64,000 bases of DNA, taken from positions 61,955 through 125,954 of the forward strand of contig JAJDXO010000022.1 in NCBI GenBank assembly GCA_022823235.1. Reading direction: 5' to 3'. The notes under the pieces were generated by a model, which did not search any database, was not told the DNA's origin, and was given only the letters and a program-made list of their open reading frames with translations. The translations under genes and the position numbers were made by a program. This DNA is from Rhodospirillales bacterium (GTDB lineage Bacteria > Pseudomonadota > Alphaproteobacteria > Rhodospirillales > UBA2165). Numbering within the stretch: position 1 is the stretch's first letter; every line of letters begins with the position of its first letter. This document shows positions 26,870 through 35,213 of the stretch, piece after piece.

Positions 26870-28132
26870 CTAGCGCGGGTCGTGAATAACAACCCAGTTG
26901 CCGGCCTTCGCCTGCACGAAGACATACGGTTTCAGGGCTTCACCCTCGTCCTGGACGCGAGTGACCTTGCCGATCAAGCCATTGGTGGTGGTCAGCGCTT
27001 CCAGTCCGTCACGGATCATCCGGCGTTCTTTCTGCACCATGGAGGCCTGACCGGTAACGCCGACCGATTCCATGACCTGTTTGATGATCATGACGTTTTC
27101 CCAAGCCGCAGCCGAATGCAGGTCGGCATCGCCGCCGTTCTTATTCGCGAGAGCAGCCACTTCTTTGGCCATATCGGTAATCGGCGCGAAACTTGTCGGA
27201 ATAATCATGCCTTCCGCCTCGGCCGCGCAGCCCTTCATGACTTCCTGGGAAGATGAAGAGGTGAGGCCGATGAGCAGTTTCGGCGTTGCCCGCTGGCGTT
27301 TCAGCTCTTTCAGCATGCCGCAGGTGGTAAAGGGGTGGGACGAGATAATGTAGATATCCGCCCCCGAACGCCGGAACGCCCGAGCCTGCACCGAGAAGTT
27401 GGTATCGGCCTGGAGCCAGTTGGAAGACGACGCCAGGACATTCTTGAACCCCGAGGCCAGCTTCCCGCTCAGGCCTTCGATATTGCCCTTCGACCACTTG
27501 AAGCCGTGACGGGTCGCGGCCTGAACAATCACCTTGGAGTAGGTGCCGTTCGAGTGGCCCTGATCGGTTTCCGTACCACCGTAAATGGTCTTCAGGTTTG
27601 GATGATTGGCAGCCACCCACGCCCAGAGCTTGTCATACATGTCAGGCTCGTTAGGCGTGTTGCGGAACGTCCATTGCGAGATTTTGGCCAGGCCGTTTCT
27701 CACCGCCGTGTCCGTCAGAATTGGAAATTGGAGTCCGGTATCTCCGGCATCACCCACCTTTTTCTGGAAGACGCCAAACATCGCGGCGGCTGCGCCCGAG
27801 CACGTCGGCCCGATACCCACCAGCGCGTTCGATTCCGAAGCTACCTTGCGGGCGACAGCGATAGCCTGCTCGGCGTTGCAAGCACTGTCGTGGTACTTGA
27901 ACGCAAGTTTGGCCTTTGAGCCATCCTTCAGCTTTATCCCGCCGGTTTCATTCACGCGTGCGACGGCGGCTTTCATCACTGCCTCCGAGTTCACGCCGAA
28001 CGACCTCAGGGGACCGGATTTTGCTCCCCATCCGGCAATATTGATCGTCGTTTCCGCCAGCGCCGAGGTGCTTGCGAACGCAAGTGCCATGGTCGCTGCT
28101 AGTGACAAGTTTTTCAATGTTGAGTGAGACAT
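26870..28132 (-). CDS. LivK-type (type I periplasmic binding fold) ABC substrate-binding protein
   Basis: Signal peptide MSHSTLKNLSLAATMALAFASTSALA and 420 aa. It is the first transporter gene of the array. Confidence 0.85.
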   Translation of the reverse strand: MSHSTLKNLSLAATMALAFASTSALAETTINIAGWGAKSGPLRSFGVNSEAVMKAAVARVNETGGIKLKDGSKAKLAFKYHDSACNAEQAIAVARKVASESNALVGIGPTCSGAAAAMFGVFQKKVGDAGDTGLQFPILTDTAVRNGLAKISQWTFRNTPNEPDMYDKLWAWVAANHPNLKTIYGGTETDQGHSNGTYSKVIVQAATRHGFKWSKGNIEGLSGKLASGFKNVLASSSNWLQADTNFSVQARAFRRSGADIYIISSHPFTTCGMLKELKRQRATPKLLIGLTSSSSQEVMKGCAAEAEGMIIPTSFAPITDMAKEVAALANKNGGDADLHSAAAWENVMIIKQVMESVGVTGQASMVQKERRMIRDGLEALTTTNGLIGKVTRVQDEGEALKPYVFVQAKAGNWVVIHDPR

Positions 28133-28257
28133 TTCAGCTACTACCTCTCTGCTTCAGTGGTTATCAAATAAACTAGCTCTGTCATTTTCCTGTTTTGGAA
28201 GGCATTCACTTGCCCCAAAACCAAGGGCCAAGCGGGTGCTTCCTCCGTTTCTTCGAA

Positions 28258-29124
28258 CTACCGGTTCCGGAATACCGGCGCTCTTTTGGTGACAAAGGCA
28301 TTCATCCCCTCTTTCTGGCCTTCCGTAGCGAATGCGGCCTGAAATAGGAGACGTTCTTGCCGCAATCCTTCGGACAGCGGGGTCTCGAAAGCTCTGTTGA
28401 CGGCGGCTTTGGCCATCTTGACGGCAGGTGAGTTGTAGCCTGCGATGGTGTGGGCCGCTTCAAGAGCCGTTTGGAGTAGTTCTTCTTTTGGGACGACTCG
28501 GGCGACGAACCCGGCCTGCCTGGCTTCGTCCGCACCGATATTTCGACCCGTCAAGACAAGATCCATTGCGAGGGCTTTGCCAATCGAGCGGGTAAGCCGT
28601 TGCGAGCCGCCCATACCCGGCAGTATGCCAAGCTTGATTTCCGGTTGGCCGAACTGGGCGTCGTCCGACGCAATAATGAAATCACAGAGCAGGGCCAGTT
28701 CGCACCCGCCTCCGAGCGCGTAACCGCTTACGGCCGCAATTATCGGCGTGGAAATGGCGTCGACTTCGTCCCAGGGTGATAGGAAATCGTCCATGTAAAA
28801 TTCGGTGAATGTTTTCTCCGCCATTTCCTCGATGTCGGCACCGGCCGCAAATGCGCGGGGGCTGCCGGCAATGACGATCGCTCCTATGTCAGGATCCGCA
28901 TCGAATGATTTCAGGGCCGTCAGAGTTTCATGGGCCAATTGCCGGTTCAGCGCGTTGAGGCTCTTGGGCCGGTTCAAGGTGATCAAGCCCACGTCGTCAC
29001 GCCGTTCGACAATGATCATTTCCGGACCGCCGGCTTTGTCCGGAACAATTGCCGGGAGTGCCTTTTTGGCTACCGGGAGCGCCTTTTTGGCCTTCGGTCT
29101 CTTCGCAGCTGCGCGTTGGGGCAT
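28258..29124 (-). CDS. enoyl-CoA hydratase/isomerase (crotonase) with a Lys/Ala/Pro-rich N-terminal extension
   Basis: The crotonase core is present ([42 protein letters not shown]). The ORF start at 29124 has GGAG upstream and adds the tail [23 protein letters not shown]. The alternative start is 29019. Confidence 0.85.
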   Translation of the reverse strand: MPQRAAAKRPKAKKALPVAKKALPAIVPDKAGGPEMIIVERRDDVGLITLNRPKSLNALNRQLAHETLTALKSFDADPDIGAIVIAGSPRAFAAGADIEEMAEKTFTEFYMDDFLSPWDEVDAISTPIIAAVSGYALGGGCELALLCDFIIASDDAQFGQPEIKLGILPGMGGSQRLTRSIGKALAMDLVLTGRNIGADEARQAGFVARVVPKEELLQTALEAAHTIAGYNSPAVKMAKAAVNRAFETPLSEGLRQERLLFQAAFATEGQKEGMNAFVTKRAPVFRNR

Positions 29125-29147
29125 TGGTCGAATCTCCTGCAGGGTGT

Positions 29148-30428
29148 TCAGGCCGCTTCCGGCGCGGCCTTGGGCGCCGTCGCGGTGTCTGATTGTTTGG
29201 AGGTTGATGATGCGCCGCCGGCTCCTGACGGCAGGTCATACGAGCCCTTGTCGGACATCAATTCGGCAAGGATGGCTTCGCGATGCTGGCCAAGTCCGGG
29301 GGCATTCAGCGGAATTTCAGTATCGATCTCAACCCGTCCCGTCATCTTTATCGGGTTGCCCGCCGTCTTGAACGGCTTCGCCGCTTCACCCTGAACCTGC
29401 ACGATCATATTGCGGGCCTTGAGTTGGGGATGCTCGAAAAGCTTGTCGATGGTGTTGATGGGGGAGCAGGGAACGCCCTCTTCGTTCAACGCGTCGATCC
29501 AGTGCTGAACGTTCTGCGCCGACAGAATCCGCTCCATCTCGACGACCAATTCGGGCCGGTTCCGGCACCGCAGATCATTGGTCATGAAGCGCGTATCCAG
29601 CGCCAACTCAGGCGCGCCGATCGCTTCGGCCATAAGCATGAAGAGAGTGTCGTTGCCGGCGGCGATGACAATTTTTCCGTCTTTGGCGCGAAAGCTCTCA
29701 AATGGCGCAAGAGATGGGTGACTATCTCCGGTCCGGTTGGGCACTATTCCCTCGACGTCATATCGGGCCAGGGCTGTTTCCATGAGAGCCGCCTGGCAAT
29801 CCAGCATCCCGATATCGACGCGGGTGCCCTGGGCATCCTTCGAACGGCTGTAGAGCGAAGCAACAATGCCGACCGCAGCGAACAGTGCGGCGCCGAGATC
29901 GCCAAAGCTCGTGCCGACACGGGCCGGCTCCTCGTCGGGCCATCCGGTGAGGCTCATTATTCCGCCCATCGCCTGAACCACCATGTCGTAACCGGGCAAT
30001 TCACTGAACGGCCCGGAGTGGCCAAAGCCGGAGATGGACGCGTAGATCAGATGCGGGTGAGTTTTGGCGAGACGTTCGGGGCCATAGCCCAAGCGATCCA
30101 TAACGCCGGGCCGAAAGTTTTCGACGAGAACGTCGGACTCATCCAGCAGCCGTTCCAGCAGTTCCCGATCCCTTGGGGATTTGATGTCGAGAACAATGCT
30201 CTCCTTGCGCCTGTTGAAGCAGCAGAAGTAAGCGGATTCGTTCTCGACGAACGGTCCGAATTCCCGGGTATCGTCACCTGTGCCGATTTTCTCGACCTTT
30301 ATGACCCGGGCTCCCAGGTCGGCAAGCACCATGGTGCAATACGGCCCCGCAAGGACGCGGGAGAAGTCAAGTACCGTGACCCCGTCGAGCGGGCCTTTTT
30401 TTGGTTCCAGTTCGTTTGCGCTAGCCAC
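29148..30428 (-). CDS. family III CoA-transferase (CaiB/BaiF type)
   Basis: [33 protein letters not shown] is the family III N-terminal signature. The GTG start at 30428 has a GGGAGG RBS 6 nt upstream and overlaps the stop of the GMC gene. Confidence 0.85.
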   Translation of the reverse strand: MASANELEPKKGPLDGVTVLDFSRVLAGPYCTMVLADLGARVIKVEKIGTGDDTREFGPFVENESAYFCCFNRRKESIVLDIKSPRDRELLERLLDESDVLVENFRPGVMDRLGYGPERLAKTHPHLIYASISGFGHSGPFSELPGYDMVVQAMGGIMSLTGWPDEEPARVGTSFGDLGAALFAAVGIVASLYSRSKDAQGTRVDIGMLDCQAALMETALARYDVEGIVPNRTGDSHPSLAPFESFRAKDGKIVIAAGNDTLFMLMAEAIGAPELALDTRFMTNDLRCRNRPELVVEMERILSAQNVQHWIDALNEEGVPCSPINTIDKLFEHPQLKARNMIVQVQGEAAKPFKTAGNPIKMTGRVEIDTEIPLNAPGLGQHREAILAELMSDKGSYDLPSGAGGASSTSKQSDTATAPKAAPEAA

Positions 30429-32098
30429 TATCTGCCTCCCGTGCCCTGTTCGATAATCCAACGCGACGCCTTCTCGGCGATCATCAATGTGGGACTGTTG
30501 GTGTTGCCGCTGGTGATGGTCGGCATCACGCCCGCATCCACGACCCTCAATCCGTCAATACCCCGCAACCGCAATCTGCCGTCCACGACAGCCGTCGGAT
30601 CGTCATCGCGGCCCATTTTCGTGGTTCCGACGGGGTGAAAAATCGTGGTGCCGATGTCGCCGGCGGCCTTTACAAGTTCGCCGTCCGACTGCAGTTCGGC
30701 ACCCGGCAAATATTCTTCCGGCGCGTACTGTTTCATTCGTGGTTGCCGGATGATGTTCCGGGCAACCTTGATCGCTTCGACCGCGACGTCCTTGTCTTCT
30801 TGAGTGTCGAGATAATTTGGCGCGATTGCCGCGGGTGTTTTTGGGTCTGGAGACGTTGCCAATACGGTCCCACGGCTGGTCGGGTTCAAATTACAGACGC
30901 TTGCCGTAATGGCGGGGAAAGAGTGCAGGTCCTCCCCAAAAGCGTTGAGGCTCAAGGGCTGTACATGAAACTGGATGTTGGAGAATTCCCTGGCGGGGCT
31001 GCTCTTCGTGAAAATTCCAAGTTGCGACGGCGCCATGCTCATCGGTCCGCTTCGCTTCAGCAGATATTCCAGACCAATTCCCGCTTTTCCGAGGAAGGTA
31101 GAGGCACGCTCGTTAAGGGTCGGCACCCCCTTTACCTTGTAGATCGTTCTGAGCTGAAGATGATCCTGCAGGTTTCGTCCGACCCCGGGCAGGTGATGCT
31201 CCACTCCGATGCCGATTTTCTTGAGATGCTCTCCATCGCCGATACCGGACAATTGGAGGATGTGCGGGCTTCCAATTGCGCCGGCGGAAAGAATGACTTC
31301 TCCGCTGCACGCGATGGATTGGGATACGCCATTTTTTTGCAACAACACCGAGGCACATCGCTTGCGGCCGCTGTCTTGTATGGCGAATACCAGTTTCTCG
31401 ACTTGAGCATTCGTCCATACGTCAAGATTTGGCCGGGACTTGGCGGATCGCAGGAATGCCTTCGAGGTACTCCATCGCCAACCATTGCGCTGATTTACTT
31501 CGAAGTATCCGATGCCCGTATTGTCGCCCGCGTTGAAGTCGTTGGTGGCTGGTATTCCCGCCTGGTTTGCCGCTTCCGAGAACGCATCGAGAACCTCCCA
31601 ATTGAGCCTTTGCTTCTCAATCCTCCACTCACCGCCACCGCCGTGGACACCGTCTTCACTTTGAATTTTCGTGTTGGGTTCGGCATTCACGCCGTCCAAC
31701 CGATAGTTATCTTCATGAGCCTTGAAGTCTTCCAAACAGGCCGCCCAGGACCATTCATTTTCACCGGTCGCATTGGCCCAGGAATCGTAATCCCTCGCCT
31801 GCCCCCGCATATAAATCATGCCGTTTATGCTGGAGCAGCCGCCAAGGGTTCGTCCACGAGGATAAAGAAGCGACCGCCCGTTGAGACCGGCCTGGCTTTC
31901 CGTGCGAAAGCACCAGTCCGTTCTGGGATTGCCAATGCAGTAGAGGTATCCGACCGGGATGTGAATCCAGTGGTAGTTGTCCTTGGATCCGGCTTCGAGA
32001 AGCAACACTCTATTGTTGGGGTCGGCGCTAAGCCGGTTCGCCACCAAGCAACCGGCCGTTCCAGCTCCAACAATGACGTAGTCGTATTCCCGACTCAT
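30428..32098 (-). CDS. GMC family FAD oxidoreductase (choline/alcohol dehydrogenase-like)
   Basis: N-terminal FAD motif YDYVIVGAGTAGCLVANRLS, the GMC signature GGCSSINGMIYMRG, and the C-terminal motif TTIFHPVGTTKMG. Confidence 0.9.
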   Translation of the reverse strand: MSREYDYVIVGAGTAGCLVANRLSADPNNRVLLLEAGSKDNYHWIHIPVGYLYCIGNPRTDWCFRTESQAGLNGRSLLYPRGRTLGGCSSINGMIYMRGQARDYDSWANATGENEWSWAACLEDFKAHEDNYRLDGVNAEPNTKIQSEDGVHGGGGEWRIEKQRLNWEVLDAFSEAANQAGIPATNDFNAGDNTGIGYFEVNQRNGWRWSTSKAFLRSAKSRPNLDVWTNAQVEKLVFAIQDSGRKRCASVLLQKNGVSQSIACSGEVILSAGAIGSPHILQLSGIGDGEHLKKIGIGVEHHLPGVGRNLQDHLQLRTIYKVKGVPTLNERASTFLGKAGIGLEYLLKRSGPMSMAPSQLGIFTKSSPAREFSNIQFHVQPLSLNAFGEDLHSFPAITASVCNLNPTSRGTVLATSPDPKTPAAIAPNYLDTQEDKDVAVEAIKVARNIIRQPRMKQYAPEEYLPGAELQSDGELVKAAGDIGTTIFHPVGTTKMGRDDDPTAVVDGRLRLRGIDGLRVVDAGVMPTITSGNTNSPTLMIAEKASRWIIEQGTGGR

Positions 32099-32109
32099 TT
32101 ACGTTGCCC

Positions 32110-33636
32110 CTAGCTGACCGTCGGCATGACGAACTCGGCGCCGTCCTGGATGTCTTCGGGCCACCGCTGCATGATCGATTTTTGTTTGGTGTAGAACCTC
32201 ACGCCCTCTTCGCCATAGGCATGCATGTCGCCGAAAAGGCTGCGCTTCCAACCGCCGAACCCGTGCCAAGCCATGGGCACGGGAATCGGCACGTTGATGC
32301 CCACCATGCCGACTTGGATCCGGCGCCCAAACAAGCGAGCGATTTCACCGCTGCGCGTGTAGCAACTGACACCGTTGCCATATTCGTGTGCGTTGACGAG
32401 ACCGATCGCCTCTTCCAGCGTGTCCACGCGAACACAGGACAACACCGGCCCGAATATTTCCTCGCGGTAAATCCGCATGTCGGGGGTTACATGATCGAAG
32501 AGACTCGCACCGAGGAAGTATCCGCGGTTGGTACCGCCAACGGAATAACCCCTGCCATCGACCAACAGGTCGGCTCCCTCGGCAACACCATCATCGATAA
32601 AGGCCGAAATGCGTTGGAGGGCGCTTTCGGTCACAATCGGACCCATTTCGCTCTTGGGATCCATACCGGACCCGATGCAAAGGTCGCGGGCCCGGGACTC
32701 CAATCTGGGAATGACTTTGTCGGCTGCGTCGCCCACCAGCACGGCGACCGAAATCGCCATGCAGCGTTCTCCCGCCGAACCGTAGGCAGCGCCGATTAGT
32801 CCATCCACCGCCTTGTCCAGATCGGCATCCGGCATGACGACCAGATGGTTTTTGGCGCCGCCCAGGGCTTGCACTCGTTTTCCGTTGGTCGCGCCGCGTT
32901 CATAGATTTTGTTTGCAACCGGCGTTGAGCCGACGAAAGAGAGTGCGGCGACATCCGGGTGGTCCAACAGCGCCTCGACCGCAACCCTGTCACCCTGGAC
33001 GACGTTGAAAACCCCCGGCGGGAAGCCGGCTTCGGTCATCAATTCCGCAATGATAATCGAGGGCGTGGGATCGGTGGGACTCGGCTTGAGTATGAAACAG
33101 TTGCCGCAAGCGATCGCCACCGGAAACATCCATGCCGGTACCATGACGGGAAAATTGAACGGCGTGACGCCCGCGACCACCCCAAGAGGCTGGCGAAGGG
33201 TCCAATTGTCGATTCCAGCCGATGCCTGGTCGGAAAAATCACCTTTCAGCAGTTGAGGAATACCGCAGGCAAACTCAACGGACTCTATGGCGCGGTCCAC
33301 CTCTCCCTGCGCATCAGAGAAGACCTTCCCGTGTTCAGCCGTGATTATTTCCGCCAGCCTGTCCTTGTTTCCGTGAAGCAGACCGAGAAACGCGGTCATC
33401 GTGCGCGCGCGCTTGAGAGGAGGGGTTTCCGACCAGCCGGGAAATGCCGTCTTGGCCGCCCGCACCGCCACATCGACATCCCGAGGGGTGGAACAGATCA
33501 CGCGGGAGGTGTTTTCACCGGTTGCGGGGTTATAGATCGCGAGAGCATCCTCCGAACCAACCGGATGTCGCGCGCCATTCACGTAGTTAAAGACGGTATC
33601 TAATTCTGGAGCCTGACCAGAACTATCCATATCCAA
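32110..33636 (-). CDS. mmsA: CoA-acylating methylmalonate-semialdehyde dehydrogenase-like aldehyde dehydrogenase
   Basis: [30 protein letters not shown], the catalytic Cys context [14 protein letters not shown], and [13 protein letters not shown] all match the MmsA subfamily pattern. Confidence 0.8.
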   Translation of the reverse strand: MDMDSSGQAPELDTVFNYVNGARHPVGSEDALAIYNPATGENTSRVICSTPRDVDVAVRAAKTAFPGWSETPPLKRARTMTAFLGLLHGNKDRLAEIITAEHGKVFSDAQGEVDRAIESVEFACGIPQLLKGDFSDQASAGIDNWTLRQPLGVVAGVTPFNFPVMVPAWMFPVAIACGNCFILKPSPTDPTPSIIIAELMTEAGFPPGVFNVVQGDRVAVEALLDHPDVAALSFVGSTPVANKIYERGATNGKRVQALGGAKNHLVVMPDADLDKAVDGLIGAAYGSAGERCMAISVAVLVGDAADKVIPRLESRARDLCIGSGMDPKSEMGPIVTESALQRISAFIDDGVAEGADLLVDGRGYSVGGTNRGYFLGASLFDHVTPDMRIYREEIFGPVLSCVRVDTLEEAIGLVNAHEYGNGVSCYTRSGEIARLFGRRIQVGMVGINVPIPVPMAWHGFGGWKRSLFGDMHAYGEEGVRFYTKQKSIMQRWPEDIQDGAEFVMPTVS

Positions 33637-33729
33637 CTTCCTTCCCTGCCCATCACTCCGCCGAACATGATTATTATCGGGGATGATCTATATTTTTTGA
33701 CCGACCGTCTATAAAAATAGCAAAATTTT

Positions 33730-34365
33730 TTACCTTTGAATACTATTTAAGAAATGGGCCCCATAGGTCTCAATAGGCGCACCGCTTCGCTCCAATTTTG
33801 CCCGCAATACCGCGCCTTCCCAACCAATCCAGAAGCTGGCCGCCACCACATCGCAATCCAAATTGGACGAAATTTGGTTCTCCGCCTGAGCCAATTTGAG
33901 GCAGGCGGCGGTCCTCGACTGCCAATCGTGCAGCGTCTCGATCAACAGCTGGCGAAAGGAATCGGGAATGACAGCCATTTCCTGCCCAAGGTTTCCAACC
34001 AGGCATCCGCGGCGAAACTCATAACGGGCCATATTGGTCTTGGCCTCTTCCATAAAGGCCGCAATTCTCTGCAATGGCGGCAAACCTGGATCAAGGTAAT
34101 TTGAGTCCAGGAGATCCGCAAAATAGGAGGCATAGCTCTTTATCAGCTCGATCCCAAATGACTCCTTACTTTCGAAGTAGTGATAAAATGACCCCTTGGG
34201 TACATTCACACTTTTCAAAATCTCGTCCAAACCCGTTGACGCAAATCCCTTCTCCGTAAGAAATGCGACGCCGGCCCGGACGAGAGACTCGCGCATCGCC
34301 TTCGCTTCCAGGGGATCTCTGCGGGGCCTGCCACGTGGACGGGGCTTGGTCATTTCGATAACCAT
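33730..34365 (-). CDS. TetR family transcriptional regulator (first gene of the minus-strand array)
   Basis: HTH region LVRAGVAFLTEKGFASTGLDEILKSVNVPKGSFYHYFESKESF. Confidence 0.85.
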   Translation of the reverse strand: MVIEMTKPRPRGRPRRDPLEAKAMRESLVRAGVAFLTEKGFASTGLDEILKSVNVPKGSFYHYFESKESFGIELIKSYASYFADLLDSNYLDPGLPPLQRIAAFMEEAKTNMARYEFRRGCLVGNLGQEMAVIPDSFRQLLIETLHDWQSRTAACLKLAQAENQISSNLDCDVVAASFWIGWEGAVLRAKLERSGAPIETYGAHFLNSIQR

Positions 34366-35033
34366 GGCGGATCAATTAGACCGGCCGTCTCATTAAATCA
34401 ACAAATTTCTGAATATCCCGAGAGAAATCGGCGATCACGTGAAACTGGCAACGTCGGACTGACTTGCTGTCGGGAACCTAGACCGCGCGGGGGCCGTCGC
34501 GGACGAATATTCCTTACTGCAATTTTGTTGGTTCCATCGAGGAGATTGTGCTCACGTTGATTGTCCATGCTTGTCAACCATGGTCGGTGGGGGCCGGCGG
34601 TCGGCTGTACGGAACCCGATCGCACGTATCGATGACTCGAAATATTTGATCTACGGTGAAAGTTATTGGCCGGAGAAGGTTTGGCTGGCGAGAGCGCGCA
34701 GACCCGGACACCGGAACACACCCGCGCCCCATGGATTGGTGGCGGGAAACGGTCGAGAAAGAGTGGTGGCGGGTGCCGTCTGATGCGAACCCGTCTCCGG
34801 TGGATTTCCCTGATTTAAGTGGGACTTGGCGGGACGGAACGGCGGTTTTTCGAACGTCGTTGCCGAAGTGCCGCCAAAATGCGGGCTCCGGGTTGTGGGA
34901 GATCGCTTGAAATTTAATCACCCGGGTACGGCTGCCCTAATCAACGATTGATGGCCGAATTTGGCAGCCGCCCCGGGGCAGCATCGCAGCCACCGGCCGA
35001 TCACTGGCGGAGCCGATGAGGCGCCCTAAATGT

Positions 35034-35047
35034 AATAGTATACTATT
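35034..35047. promoter_or_regulatory. perfect 14-bp palindrome AATAGTATACTATT upstream of the permease-SPFH operon
   Basis: Self-complementary on inspection. It shares the core TATACTAT with the box in the znuA/pit intergenic region and lies 34 nt upstream of a sigma70-like -35 hexamer. Confidence 0.4.
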
Positions 35048-35080
35048 TCGTTAGAAAACATTAAGGACGTCTATTTTCAG

Positions 35081-35109
35081 TTGAGGTCGTCAATCATCAA
35101 ACGTATATT
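35081..35109 (+). promoter_or_regulatory. sigma70-like promoter (TTGAGG, 17 nt, TATATT)
   Basis: The hexamers and 17-nt spacer were read directly from the sequence. It lies ~105 nt upstream of the ATG at 35214. Confidence 0.4.
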
Positions 35110-35213
35110 CCCGAAAGTTTTCCGATAAACGGGACGCCCCGCGAACGGGATTGGGCTGGAGTCGGTAAAGTGGCGATATTCCCCGGCTTGCAACGGGCAA
35201 CGAAGAAAGCGCC

